A stretch of 50,579 nt of DNA from Acidilobaceae archaeon (GCA_027034115.1 JALVJB010000197.1:1-50579), one strand, 5' to 3'. Shown: positions 1-9,147, numbered from the stretch's first letter. Notes: generated by a model from the sequence alone, not told the origin. Numbers and translations are program-made.

Positions 1-156
1 GGCGTTGTAGCTAGCCTAGAGGCGAGCCTAGCCATACGCTATCTCTCAGGCGAACCGGTTGCCCCTAATGAGCTGATAATAATCGACGCTAGGACTCTAA
101 CGATAGATAAGATAAAGATCAACGCGGACTCGTGTGAGTGCCCCTCAAGGGCTTAG
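1..156 (+). CDS. 3' end of a ThiF/MoeB/HesA-family (E1-like adenylyltransferase) gene, truncated by the window edge
   Basis: Frame 1 is open from nt 1 to TAG 154-156. It translates to GVVASLEASLAIRYLSGEPVAPNELIIIDARTLTIDKIKINADSCECPSRA, which resembles the C-terminal tail of MoeB/ThiF proteins, including the terminal Cys pair. It is absent from the ORF track because it has no start in the window. Confidence 0.4.
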   Translation, partial: GVVASLEASLAIRYLSGEPVAPNELIIIDARTLTIDKIKINADSCECPSRA

Positions 157-921
157 GAGAGTAGCCAGGCTCGGAGCTAGGAGTTGGCCTCCGTCTATAA
201 CGATCACCTCCCCCGTTATACTCTTGGCCTTATCGCTAGCGAGGAAAGCTACAAGTTCTCCTACCTCTATTGGGTCGACTAGGTCGCCTGTTAGGGTGAA
301 CTTTCTGGCGAACTCCTCGACAGGCAGGCCTGTGGCCCGGAAAAAGCTCAGCCCCATGTCTGTCTTAGCGAAGCCTACTGCTATGGCATTAACAGTTACC
401 CCTGTTCCAGCAACTTCCTGCGCCAGAGCCCGTGTGAACCCTATGACGCCAGCCTTCGCCGCACTATAGGCTGCTAGTCCCGCTAAACCCTTTAATCCCG
501 CTATGCTAGTTATGTTTATGATCCTACCCCACTTCTTCCCAATCATACCCGGTAGCGCTCTTCTACTACAGTAGAATACGCTGGAGAGGTTCACGGCTAT
601 ATGCCTCTCCCACAGCTCGTTGGTCATACTCTCAACTAGGCTTATGAGACCCCACCCAGCATTGTTGACGAGCACGTTAACTGTCCCGAATTCTTTCTCA
701 ATGCTAGTGAACATCCCGTCTACTTGGCCTGGCTGCGAGACATCGGCTTGAGATAAGACGCCGTCGGCTCCTCTGGCTCGGACCTGTTTCAAGGTTTCTA
801 GCGCGGCTTCCCGCCTTTTCCTATAATTTATAATAATAAAGAAATTATTTTCAGCTAGTTTAATAGCGATAGCCCGGCCTATTCCCCTACTAGCCCCGGT
901 GACAAGAGCAATCTTATCCAT
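145..921 (-). CDS. short-chain dehydrogenase/reductase (FabG-like 3-oxoacyl reductase family)
   Basis: The N-terminus carries the TGASRGIG Rossmann motif, followed by NNAG and a YSAAK catalytic motif. The length of 258 aa is typical of classical SDRs. Its ATG overlaps the stop of the upstream ferritin-like gene. Confidence 0.9.
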   Translation of the reverse strand: MDKIALVTGASRGIGRAIAIKLAENNFFIIINYRKRREAALETLKQVRARGADGVLSQADVSQPGQVDGMFTSIEKEFGTVNVLVNNAGWGLISLVESMTNELWERHIAVNLSSVFYCSRRALPGMIGKKWGRIINITSIAGLKGLAGLAAYSAAKAGVIGFTRALAQEVAGTGVTVNAIAVGFAKTDMGLSFFRATGLPVEEFARKFTLTGDLVDPIEVGELVAFLASDKAKSITGEVIVIDGGQLLAPSLATLLSP

Positions 922-1207
922 CCCTAGACCCCTCTATTTCTGTAACCTCTTGAGCTCCCTTCTCAAGCATCCCCTCGAGCTTCCTATCACACTTCTTCAA
1001 CAAGTAAAGGAATTCTCCCACGTGTTCTCTCTCCTCGTTGGCTACTTCGAGGAAAACCTTCTTTACGAGTGGATCTTCGATACTCCTAGCGAGTTGTTCG
1101 TACAATGTGATAGCGTCTAACTCGGCTATGAGAGCTAAGCGCAGGGCATCGCATACTTCGTCGGGCCCGAGAGGCTTCTCCAGGTCGAGAGGATTCTTGC
1201 CGAACAA
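914..1207 (-). CDS. small ferritin-like / rubrerythrin-like protein (EncFtn-type half-ferritin)
   Basis: The 97-aa product contains ELDAITLYEQ...VANEEREHVGEF, the E...EExxH di-iron half-site pattern of encapsulated-ferritin-like proteins. No encapsulin shell gene is nearby. Confidence 0.6.
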   Translation of the reverse strand: MFGKNPLDLEKPLGPDEVCDALRLALIAELDAITLYEQLARSIEDPLVKKVFLEVANEEREHVGEFLYLLKKCDRKLEGMLEKGAQEVTEIEGSRDG

Positions 1208-1267
1208 GACCGGAGAACACCAGGTAGGCTAGTATAGCAGAGTGAGACTATTGAAGGTTTTCCGGCG

Positions 1268-2053
1268 TTATTTTCCTATCGAGTTAATGCAGTGTATAAA
1301 GGCTTCTTCTAAGTTGGACGCATTAAATTCCTCGATAGCTCTGCGGAGGGGTCCCTCATAAACTATGACTCCCTTGTAGATGAAGCCTACATAGTCGGCG
1401 ATTAACTCTGCTTCTAAGAGGTTATGCGTCGTGACGAGAACAGTTCTGCCCTCCCGAGCTAGGCCGCGAATCAACCCTCTTATAGCGTGTTGAGAGAACA
1501 CGTCTAGGCCGCTAGTTGGCTCGTCTAATACAACGAGCTCGGGGTTATGCATAAGGCTAGTAGCTAATAGTAGTCGCCTCTTCATACCCTTGCTATAAGT
1601 GCCGGCTCTTCTGTGAAGCTCGGATGGGGACAGGCCACTGATGTCTACAGCCCTCTCAACAAGCCTTCTAGCCCTCCCAGGGTCGCCCTCCGCGTAAAGC
1701 TTAGCATAGAAGAGTATGTTCTCATAACCGGTTAACCGCTCGTAAGGGGAGGCATCTTCCGGGAGGTAGCCTGTTCTCCTTACTACTTCTCGCCAACAGG
1801 CATCATTCGGGTCGCACCCGAGAACTAGGACGCGCCCCCTATCTCGCTTGTAGACGCCCAAGAGGGTCCTTATTGTCGTCGTCTTACCGCTTCCATTGGG
1901 ACCGGCTAAGACGTAAACAGAGCCCTGAGGGACCCTCATATTAATGCCTCTCAGAACAGTATTACCCTTAAACGATTTCCACACTCCCTCGAGAAGAATA
2001 GCGGTACGGTCTCTCCGAGCGCTCTGCGAGTAGTCTTGCAATCTCTTGTCCAC
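1268..2053 (-). CDS. ABC transporter ATP-binding protein (ABC-2/drug-export type)
   Basis: Walker A GPNGSGKTT, ABC signature YSKGMKRRL and Walker B LVVLDEPTSGLD are all present. No permease gene is adjacent. Confidence 0.9.
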   Translation of the reverse strand: MDKRLQDYSQSARRDRTAILLEGVWKSFKGNTVLRGINMRVPQGSVYVLAGPNGSGKTTTIRTLLGVYKRDRGRVLVLGCDPNDACWREVVRRTGYLPEDASPYERLTGYENILFYAKLYAEGDPGRARRLVERAVDISGLSPSELHRRAGTYSKGMKRRLLLATSLMHNPELVVLDEPTSGLDVFSQHAIRGLIRGLAREGRTVLVTTHNLLEAELIADYVGFIYKGVIVYEGPLRRAIEEFNASNLEEAFIHCINSIGK

Positions 2054-2174
2054 AGGTAAAGCAGGGCCAGATTCAAGGTATAAACACGTTTTACCGTCCC
2101 TGCTCCTAGAGTTTCAAAGCAGACAGGGTAGGGGAGTAATCGAATAACGACAATAACGGGGGAGGGCCGCCGGG

Positions 2175-2807
2175 ATGCCTCTCACAGAATTCATAGCAAA
2201 GTATGGCGAGAAAGGATACATTGTGCTAAAAGCAATACTCGAGGCATCTCGGCGAGCCCGGATCAGGAGCCTTGGAGACTTCTCCCTCCAGGACGTGAAG
2301 AAGGCGCTAGCGGAAAGAGGCATTAACTACAACCCTTCACTGCTATTATCTAAGCTAGAGCGAGAATACGGCGTTATCGAGACTTCTTACAGATCTTCAG
2401 GGCAGAGATGGTGGAGGATTATTGATAGGAGTGAGATAGAAGAGGCCGTCAGGGAGTGGGAGGGAGAGCCGGAGTCGGATCGCGAAGATCCGAGGCTAAG
2501 GTTACTAAGGATTCAATTTTATAGTATTAATCCGCACGGGATACTAGAGGTACTAGTAAGGCTATCCCGGAGGAGAAGGCTAACACGCCAGGAAGCGGAA
2601 AAGCTGAGAAGGATAGCCTTCCAAGACCTACCGCTACTCGTGGAATTTCTCGAGAAAGCCTCCGCAGAATACCCGGATGAATTAGTCGATGAAATAGCGC
2701 TGGCAGAGTCGATACTGGAATTAGCCGAAGAGCTGACTGTAGCGCGCGGAGGCAGGGGAGAGAGCTTAGAGCTTGCCCTTAGAAACCGCGTAAGAGAGCC
2801 TCTCTAG
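2175..2807 (+). CDS. hypothetical protein, possible winged-helix N-terminal domain
   Basis: A 210-aa ORF with genome-typical codon usage, divergent from the ABC ATPase. It is rich in charged helices and I recognise no motif. Confidence 0.45.
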   Translation: MPLTEFIAKYGEKGYIVLKAILEASRRARIRSLGDFSLQDVKKALAERGINYNPSLLLSKLEREYGVIETSYRSSGQRWWRIIDRSEIEEAVREWEGEPESDREDPRLRLLRIQFYSINPHGILEVLVRLSRRRRLTRQEAEKLRRIAFQDLPLLVEFLEKASAEYPDELVDEIALAESILELAEELTVARGGRGESLELALRNRVREPL

Positions 2808-3539
2808 CATGGCCTGGAAAGCCTTTTGTAAAATAACTCTATTATTATAAGAATTAATGATGGATTGGAGCTCGCTCTTAGCGGCCCCCCTTAAGCTACC
2901 AGCTATCTCGGCCATGTTCTCGGTAGCACGGATCGCCTCATCCACAATAGTTATCGTAGCCTTCTGAGCAGTCCTGCTAAACGGGTTAAGATCTATCGCA
3001 GCCACAGGCTTACCCCAGCTTACCAGGGCCTCGGTTCTATCTCCGTCCTCGATTGCCAGAAGGACGAAGTCGCTCGAAGCGATACCCTCGGCACAGACTA
3101 TTCCACGGGCGCTCTCAAGCCCGGGCACTCGAGTTTTCTCGCAGTCCGGGGAGAGCAGGTTTGGGACTCCGGCTTCTCGCAGGTACCCATAGATTTTCCT
3201 AACCCGTTCCTCGGTCCGGTAAAATAGGTTCACCTCGACAACCGCGCCAGTCGCCTCTGCAAGCCTCGCGATTCCTTCCGCGGCTAGGGCAGCGTAATTC
3301 CCGTTCACAGAAATCACCGGCCTCTCCGCTAACAGCATCCAAGCTACACTAGCCTTCTCGGCAGCAAGCGCGAAATCATGGGTTTTTTCTCCGAGAATAT
3401 AGTCGAATGCCTCACCACGCCCATGAGCTATCAGCCCCTGAGGGACAACTAGTCCTTTCTCGAACCCCTCAACGAGCTTCTCCCTGACGAGTAGGGACCT
3501 ATATCTTGGATGACTCCTCGGTATATCGATTCGAGTCAT
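2766..3539 (-). CDS. 4-phosphopantoate--beta-alanine ligase (archaeal phosphopantothenate synthetase, COG1701)
   Basis: HPRYRSLLVREKLVEGFEKGLVVPQGLIAHGRGEAFDYILGE matches the conserved N-terminus of the MJ0209/TK1686 family. I placed the start at ATG 3539 (MTRIDIP), 2 nt after the stop of the upstream pantoate kinase. The track ORF extends to 3605. Confidence 0.8.
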   Translation of the reverse strand: MTRIDIPRSHPRYRSLLVREKLVEGFEKGLVVPQGLIAHGRGEAFDYILGEKTHDFALAAEKASVAWMLLAERPVISVNGNYAALAAEGIARLAEATGAVVEVNLFYRTEERVRKIYGYLREAGVPNLLSPDCEKTRVPGLESARGIVCAEGIASSDFVLLAIEDGDRTEALVSWGKPVAAIDLNPFSRTAQKATITIVDEAIRATENMAEIAGSLRGAAKSELQSIINSYNNRVILQKAFQAMLERLSYAVSKGKL

Positions 3540-3541
3540 AT

Positions 3542-4375
3542 TCACGCCCACCAGACCCTCGGTGGACCACTGCTCGCCTCTAATAGCCTTGGCCTTACGC
3601 CCCATTCTTCTAGCACTTCAACTGCGTCGCCCAATCGATCCCTTTCAACTAGGAAAACTACAACTTTTTTCTTACCGTAGACAGCTATTTTCCCAGGTAT
3701 CCGCGGGAGCTCTCTACCCCCTAGTGCAGCGTAGAGCATGCCGCTCTCTTTCGAGAACAGCTCGGAGTAGTAAGCGAACGATTCAAAAGTAGGCTCGTCG
3801 AAGATTTTATCTAGGTATTTCTCAGCTTTCTCTAGGAAGCTCGAGTTTAGATCGGAGAGCATCCGAGACGTGTGCATTCTACCGGTCTCCACGGAAAGAA
3901 TGGAAACAGTCCCGGGTAGCTGAATGCAGTCAGCACTTCCAACCCCAGGAGCCCCGGGACGCCTTCGGAGCACTACGCCTACCCCGCAGGATATTGCTAG
4001 CACGTCCCCGAGCCCGGTTCCTTCGAGGATCTCGGCCACGTGAGCAGTTAGGTATGCTTCTCTCACGGCTCTACGGCCAGAGGTCAACGCTAAGGCCGCT
4101 GAGATGGCGCTCGCTGCGCTAACCGCGTAGCCCGAGCCCGGTGGGAGGGGGGTGTTTGCTTGGATGGAAGCGTGGTCAATCCCGAGCAGCCTAATAACTC
4201 GATGTATAGTCGATATTCTATGGTTCCTGGAGGGTCCCGTGCACACTGTTAGGCGTGGCTCTACTGCTAGGCCCACACCGATAGATCCCGTTTCTTCTAG
4301 TGTTCGACCCTTGACTGGTAGGAATATTGAAGTTATATGGTGGGGAGCGTCTGCGCAGGCTACTCCCGGCCTCAC
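3542..4375 (-). CDS. pantoate kinase (archaeal, GHMP kinase superfamily, COG1829)
   Basis: It has the GHMP-type motif PPGSGYAVSAASAISAALAL and is 277 aa long. It sits directly between CoA-pathway genes and uses a GTG start. Confidence 0.75.
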   Translation of the reverse strand: MRPGVACADAPHHITSIFLPVKGRTLEETGSIGVGLAVEPRLTVCTGPSRNHRISTIHRVIRLLGIDHASIQANTPLPPGSGYAVSAASAISAALALTSGRRAVREAYLTAHVAEILEGTGLGDVLAISCGVGVVLRRRPGAPGVGSADCIQLPGTVSILSVETGRMHTSRMLSDLNSSFLEKAEKYLDKIFDEPTFESFAYYSELFSKESGMLYAALGGRELPRIPGKIAVYGKKKVVVFLVERDRLGDAVEVLEEWGVRPRLLEASSGPPRVWWA

Positions 4376-4377
4376 TC

Positions 4378-5214
4378 TTAGCCCCTGGCCTCATAGACTA
4401 TATCAAGAGGGGGCGTCGGAGGTGGTTGCCTCTTATGCTCGCTCCTCTTATGGAGATCGAGAACTCTCTTCACAACTTCCTCTGGAACACCCGTTGCTTC
4501 TGGGACCTCTTCTGGCGGTATTTTGAGGTCAAATAGTGAGTATAGCACTAGGTCTACTTGCTCGTAGCTTACCCCTAGCTCGCCCTCAGCGGTCTGGCCG
4601 GGCCATAAGCGGGGGCTACTGGGTTTGAACGCTATTTTCTCAGGAACTCCCAAGTGTACGGCGAGCCTTCTAACCTGGTTCTTGTATAGTATGCCGATGG
4701 GGAGTAGGTCTACGCCTCCATCGCCATACTTTGTGAAGTAGCCAATGAGTATCTCGCTTCTATCCCCTGTTCCTAGGACTAGGCGGTTGAGCTTGTTAGC
4801 ATAATAGTAGAGTAGGGTCATCCTGATCCTAGCCCTCGTGTTTCCCAGAGGGATCTTGTCTACCTCGTCGTTCTCGTAGATGGGTATCGCCGACTTGTAT
4901 ACGGCCACAATTGGGGCTATGTTTATCACGTGTGGTTTAAGACCGAATAGTTCTACGAGTTCCTTAGCGTCTCTTACATCCTCTTCCGGGGTCACCTCGG
5001 AGTCCGGCATGATTAATGGGAGAACTTTCTCCTTCCCTACATGTTTAACTGCGAGAGCAAATGTGGTGGCTGAGTCTACTCCGCCACTGATTCCTACTAC
5101 GAAGCCTTCTGCACCAGCTTCTTCTAGCTTTGAGACAAGGAACTCTCCGATTCTATTCGATATTTTCTCATAGTCTAAGTTAACTATCTCATCTAACGTT
5201 ACTTTCCTCGTCAT
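4378..5214 (-). CDS. nadE: NH3-dependent NAD+ synthetase
   Basis: The PP-loop SGGVDS sits in the context VVGISGGVDSATTFALA, and the C-terminus is NadE-like. ATG 5214 is preceded by GGAGG; the track ORF starts at GTG 5241. The start lies inside the 3' end of coaBC. Confidence 0.9.
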   Translation of the reverse strand: MTRKVTLDEIVNLDYEKISNRIGEFLVSKLEEAGAEGFVVGISGGVDSATTFALAVKHVGKEKVLPLIMPDSEVTPEEDVRDAKELVELFGLKPHVINIAPIVAVYKSAIPIYENDEVDKIPLGNTRARIRMTLLYYYANKLNRLVLGTGDRSEILIGYFTKYGDGGVDLLPIGILYKNQVRRLAVHLGVPEKIAFKPSSPRLWPGQTAEGELGVSYEQVDLVLYSLFDLKIPPEEVPEATGVPEEVVKRVLDLHKRSEHKRQPPPTPPLDIVYEARG

Positions 5215-6466
5215 CGTCAACAGCCTCCATATTCTTAACACTCAAGTCCAAGATTAATCTAGCGAGCGACTCTTTATCAATCTTACCGAGGAAACTTTTC
5301 CTGGTAGCGCCCCTATCTCTCCATATAACTAGAGCCTCTAGGTAAGGTGAGGAGAAGCCTACATCTCTAGTTCCAACCCTATTCGCGATTACTGCATCGG
5401 CCCTATACTTTTTCATCTTCTCGACAGCGTAGTCCTCTAGTTCCTCCAGGCTTTCCGCGGTTTCGGCAGCAAATACTACTAGGTACTTGCTAGCGCTTCT
5501 CAAGGCTTCGGCAACTTTAGGCGTCGGCTCTAGGGTCAGGCTAAGATTCTTCAAGCCGCTCCTAATCTTCGACTTGCTAGTATTAATTGGCCGGTAATCC
5601 GCAGGAGCTGCAGCAGCTAGCGCTATATCATAGTGCTTCTCACCTGCTAATCTAGCGACAGTTTCAGCCATATCTTCAGTGGTTTCGGCGGGGAACAAAT
5701 TGACCATGTGAGGTAGAATATGCTCGACATGACCGTAAACAAGGTCTACTTCGGCGCCACGGGCCCAGGCCTCGATGGCTAGCTCTATTCCCATTCTGCC
5801 GCTACTGGGATTGGAGATAAAACGGGTGGGATCTATCCATTCTCGAGTAGCTCCAGCAGTTACGAGTACTCGTTTGCCTTTCAGGTCTGCTTTCCTGGAA
5901 GAGGTTGCTGCAGTCACACGAGCTACTACCCACGGGTCCGGGTATTTTGCTATCCCTTCTTCAACGCGCGGAGGTATTATTATGGCCTGGCCGCTTAGTA
6001 TTTCAATGGCTCTCTCGTACCCTCTCGTCTTCATCATGTTTTGATGCATTGCCGGGACAATTATGAGTGGTTTACCCTCGCCTAGTATGGCAGAGGCAGT
6101 TAGCGCGACAGGATTATCTGTTACCCCATAGGCTATCTTAGATATCGTTGATAGCGTAGCAGGGGCAACCAGCATAGCGTCGCAGTCCTCTGCGAGCACA
6201 ATATGCTCTACGTTCCCTGTAAGCCTTGCAATCGGATCCTCGCCCGTAGCCCAGTGGAATAGGCCGGGTGTCACGAATTCTAGGGCTCCCTCCGTTAGTA
6301 TAGGAACTACTCGCGCCCCCCTACGCATAAGCCACCGGGCAACGTCAACGGATCTATAGACTGATACGCTTCCAGTGAGCCCTAGAACTATGCACCTGCC
6401 GGCTAGGTAATCGTTTACGGAGCCAATTATCTTCCTTGAAGGGTGACTCTCGACCCGCTTCGCCAC
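5189..6466 (-). CDS. coaBC: bifunctional phosphopantothenoylcysteine decarboxylase / phosphopantothenate-cysteine ligase
   Basis: An N-terminal flavoprotein domain (LGLTGSVSVYRSVDVARWL) is followed by a CoaB domain (VLVTAGATREWIDPTRFISNPSSGRMG). The product is 425 aa. Confidence 0.9.
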   Translation of the reverse strand: MAKRVESHPSRKIIGSVNDYLAGRCIVLGLTGSVSVYRSVDVARWLMRRGARVVPILTEGALEFVTPGLFHWATGEDPIARLTGNVEHIVLAEDCDAMLVAPATLSTISKIAYGVTDNPVALTASAILGEGKPLIIVPAMHQNMMKTRGYERAIEILSGQAIIIPPRVEEGIAKYPDPWVVARVTAATSSRKADLKGKRVLVTAGATREWIDPTRFISNPSSGRMGIELAIEAWARGAEVDLVYGHVEHILPHMVNLFPAETTEDMAETVARLAGEKHYDIALAAAAPADYRPINTSKSKIRSGLKNLSLTLEPTPKVAEALRSASKYLVVFAAETAESLEELEDYAVEKMKKYRADAVIANRVGTRDVGFSSPYLEALVIWRDRGATRKSFLGKIDKESLARLILDLSVKNMEAVDDDEESNVR

Positions 6467-6558
6467 CGTGTAAGTACCCCTCTCTCCCGGAGTCCACTCG
6501 GTAATTTACGATATTAGCCTTAAATCGCAATATCACTAGGCAATATGGGGGCACGGCG

Positions 6559-7116
6559 TTGCAAACGATCCATGGAACGAGTGGCACTAGATCATTCACT
6601 ATTAGAAGGGCCACTAAGGAGGATATTCCAGCAGTTATGTCCGTTAATTTAAGGAGCCTCCCAGAGAATTACTGGTACGGCTTCTACGAGTATATACTCT
6701 TGAACTGGCCCGAATCCTTCCTAGTAGCAGAGGTTGATGGTACTATTGTCGGTTATGCTATGTCTCGCGTTGAGGATACTGGGGACCCCCTTCTCCTAGG
6801 CCTAGTCGATGATAAAGGTAATCCTCTAGCGAGGAGTTGGCAAGAGCCTAGGAAGGCCGGTCACCTTGTCTCTATCGCTGTTCTCCGGGAGTATAGGGGG
6901 AGGGGGATCGGGTCCTCCCTCCTAGCTGAGACTATCCGGGTAATGAGGGATAACTACAGGGTGGAGTCGGTTTTCCTCGAGGTGAGAGTCTCTAACACGC
7001 CTGCCATTAGCCTCTATAGGAAGTTTGGGTTCCGGGTGGTCCGGAGGATCCCCCATTACTATAGGGATGGGGAAGACGCCTATGTGATGGTTCTACGGTT
7101 AAAGCCTACCAGTTAA
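6559..7116 (+). CDS. N-alpha-acetyltransferase, Ard1/NatA-like GNAT
   Basis: It aligns by eye with Sulfolobus Ard1 at LPENYWYGFY, GHLVSIAVLREYRGRGIGSSLL, VFLEVRVSNTPAISLYRKFGF and YYRDGEDAYVM. The start is TTG. Confidence 0.85.
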   Translation: MQTIHGTSGTRSFTIRRATKEDIPAVMSVNLRSLPENYWYGFYEYILLNWPESFLVAEVDGTIVGYAMSRVEDTGDPLLLGLVDDKGNPLARSWQEPRKAGHLVSIAVLREYRGRGIGSSLLAETIRVMRDNYRVESVFLEVRVSNTPAISLYRKFGFRVVRRIPHYYRDGEDAYVMVLRLKPTS

Positions 7117-8479
7117 TGTTGAGCTTAGCCTTATACTCCTTGTACAATGCCTCCACTTTGGCGACCCACGAGGATAGTTCGTCGGGATTCTCGGGGTAGG
7201 CCCTGTAGAGTTCCTTGACCCTCTTCATGTACCTTGAAACCGTTATGAGCTCTTGGAGCATTGAGGGCCTACCGAGAAGTTTGACGAGTAGCTTCGCCTT
7301 ATCTAGCACTGAGAGGTTAGCTTTGAGGTCGCCAGTTACACTGGTCTCATAGGCGTCTTCAGCTCTCATGACGCCATTACGGAGCCCCCACTCTATCTCC
7401 TCGTTAGATAGTTCCTGGAGGTACATGCGGAAAATGTCCAGGCTGGCTTGTTTAGCCCCCAGGCCTCTCATATAGGCAATGTTCAAGCTCCATAATGGGC
7501 CGTGCCTTGTAAAGTCTCCTTCCTCGAAAGCGTCAACTATAGCCTTACTCGCATGGTACGCGGCATGCATCGCATAACCCATTCCACCACCGTGTACAGG
7601 GTTAACAGTGTAGCCGTTATCGCCTATTCCCAGGAAGTTATCCCAGACGAGGGTATTCGCAGGCCTCCTTGTGGGAACCGCTGCTCCAGCATCGGCGTAG
7701 ACCTCTACCTGGCCACCCACATCGGGTCTTTTCATAAGCTTCTTCTCGTATATCTCCTTAGGGTGAGGGTAGCCTCTCCCACCCTGTACGCCTAGCCCGA
7801 TGTTTGCGACGTACTCGCTCTTAGGGAAGAGCCACCAGTATCCTCCCGGCGCTATCTCCTGGTTCACGTAGATCCGAATGTACGAGGGGTCCTCGACAGG
7901 GTCTTTCAATCGGACGATCCGGCGATAAGCTACATTCATATCGACGGGCTTGAGGGGTTCATTAACGGGCCACTCCTTGGGAAGCCTCCTGCGGATTACT
8001 CCGCTCGTGCCAGTGGCGTCGACTATGACCTTACCCGTAAATATTACTTCTTCACCTTCTTTTTTCGCTGCTACTCCTATGAGCCTACCGTTTTCGAGAA
8101 CGGGCTTGTAGACGTAGGTCTTTAAGTGTATGCTGACTCCGGCCTTCTCCGCCTCCTCTACGAGACGTCTACCATAAGCGTTCCTGTTTATCATGAATCC
8201 CTTCCCGTTAACCCTAAGCCTTACTTCCTCGCTGGGGCTGTAGACGTCTATCCCCTCTACTCTATTCGCGAGGGCGTCTCCCTCCGGTAAGGGCATATGA
8301 TTCTCGTGGAAGTGGTGTTCTCCGATAGCATCGCCGCAAGGTTTACCCCATAGCCCGTTCCAATCCACAATGTCGAGCCCCGCTACATGTAAACCGGTTT
8401 TTCTCAAGTGATAGGCGAGAGAGGAGCCAGCAGGCCCTAGACCAACTATAACTACATCGTATTCTAGTCTTCTAACCAT
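7106..8479 (-). CDS. geranylgeranyl reductase family flavoprotein (digeranylgeranylglycerophospholipid reductase-like)
   Basis: Motifs are the FAD Rossmann YDVVIVGLGPAGS, KPCGDAI, GGYWWLFP and IGDNGYTVNPVHGGGMG. ATG 8479 follows an SD-like GGGGGAT; the track ORF starts at TTG 8497. Confidence 0.8.
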   Translation of the reverse strand: MVRRLEYDVVIVGLGPAGSSLAYHLRKTGLHVAGLDIVDWNGLWGKPCGDAIGEHHFHENHMPLPEGDALANRVEGIDVYSPSEEVRLRVNGKGFMINRNAYGRRLVEEAEKAGVSIHLKTYVYKPVLENGRLIGVAAKKEGEEVIFTGKVIVDATGTSGVIRRRLPKEWPVNEPLKPVDMNVAYRRIVRLKDPVEDPSYIRIYVNQEIAPGGYWWLFPKSEYVANIGLGVQGGRGYPHPKEIYEKKLMKRPDVGGQVEVYADAGAAVPTRRPANTLVWDNFLGIGDNGYTVNPVHGGGMGYAMHAAYHASKAIVDAFEEGDFTRHGPLWSLNIAYMRGLGAKQASLDIFRMYLQELSNEEIEWGLRNGVMRAEDAYETSVTGDLKANLSVLDKAKLLVKLLGRPSMLQELITVSRYMKRVKELYRAYPENPDELSSWVAKVEALYKEYKAKLNINW

Positions 8480-8522
8480 TTGTATCCCCCAGTCCAAGAC
8501 TAGCGGAGACCTCGTTGAGCGG

Positions 8523-8530
8523 AAATAAAT
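8523..8530 (-). promoter_or_regulatory. candidate TATA box for the geranylgeranyl reductase gene
   Basis: AAATAAAT/ATTTATTT lies in the 100-bp divergent intergenic region, about 27-47 nt upstream of the candidate starts. Confidence 0.3.
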
Positions 8531-8556
8531 CTAGACTAGGTACTGGCCTCCAAATG

Positions 8557-8564
8557 AAAATAAA
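8557..8564 (+). promoter_or_regulatory. candidate TATA box for hsp20
   Basis: AAAATAAA lies about 45 nt upstream of ATG 8606. GGAGGTGA (8593-8600) sits at Shine-Dalgarno distance from that ATG. Confidence 0.35.
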
Positions 8565-8596
8565 CCCTTAACACCAACTACTATGGTTTAGCGGAG

Positions 8597-9145
8597 GTGA
8601 GGGAAATGAGCTGGTTCAGAAGGAAGAGGAGGGATATATTCGATGATATATTCGAGGACATATTTGAAGAATTCGAAAGAATACAGGACATGTTCCGCTC
8701 ACTAATACGAGAGTCCTTCGAAAAAGAATTCGAAAAGCTCGGAGCTGAGGGTAAGCCAATCGTATACGGTGTTAGAATAACAATCGGGCCGGACGGAGTG
8801 CCTAGAGTAGAAGAGTTCGGTAACGTAAAGATGTCAAAGGTAGGAAAGCCCATAGTCCGGGAGGAAATGGAGCCACTAGTAGATGTTATGGATGTAGGCG
8901 ATGAGATCTGGGTTATCGCTGAGTTGCCGGGCGTATCGAAGGAGAAGATTAAAGTAAAAGCAACCGAGAGTAAAGTCACGATAAAGGCGGAGAACGATAG
9001 GAAATACTATAAAGAGATAGAGCTCCCAGCTGAGGTCGACCCAGATACGGCTAAGGCGTCATACCGCAATGGCGTCCTGGAGATAAAGCTGAAGAAGAAA
9101 GCTTCCAGCAAGGAAGAGGAGGGTAAAGAGATCAAGGTAGAGTAG
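8597..9145 (+). CDS. hsp20: small heat shock protein, Hsp20/alpha-crystallin family
   Basis: The alpha-crystallin domain reads DEIWVIAELPGVSKEKIKVKA...YYKEIELPAEVDPDTAKASYRNGVLEIKLKKK. The likely true start is ATG 8606. Confidence 0.9.
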   Translation: MREMSWFRRKRRDIFDDIFEDIFEEFERIQDMFRSLIRESFEKEFEKLGAEGKPIVYGVRITIGPDGVPRVEEFGNVKMSKVGKPIVREEMEPLVDVMDVGDEIWVIAELPGVSKEKIKVKATESKVTIKAENDRKYYKEIELPAEVDPDTAKASYRNGVLEIKLKKKASSKEEEGKEIKVE

Positions 9146-9147
9146 CC

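Noticed and set aside
914-1207. This locus could be an encapsulin nanocompartment system.
   Set aside because: Only the ferritin-like cargo-type gene is present. There is no HK97-fold shell gene in the window and no typical C-terminal targeting peptide.
8581-8979. A 132-aa ORF lies antisense to hsp20.
   Set aside because: It fully overlaps a well-supported alpha-crystallin gene, and its product is Ser/Thr/Ile-rich with no motif.
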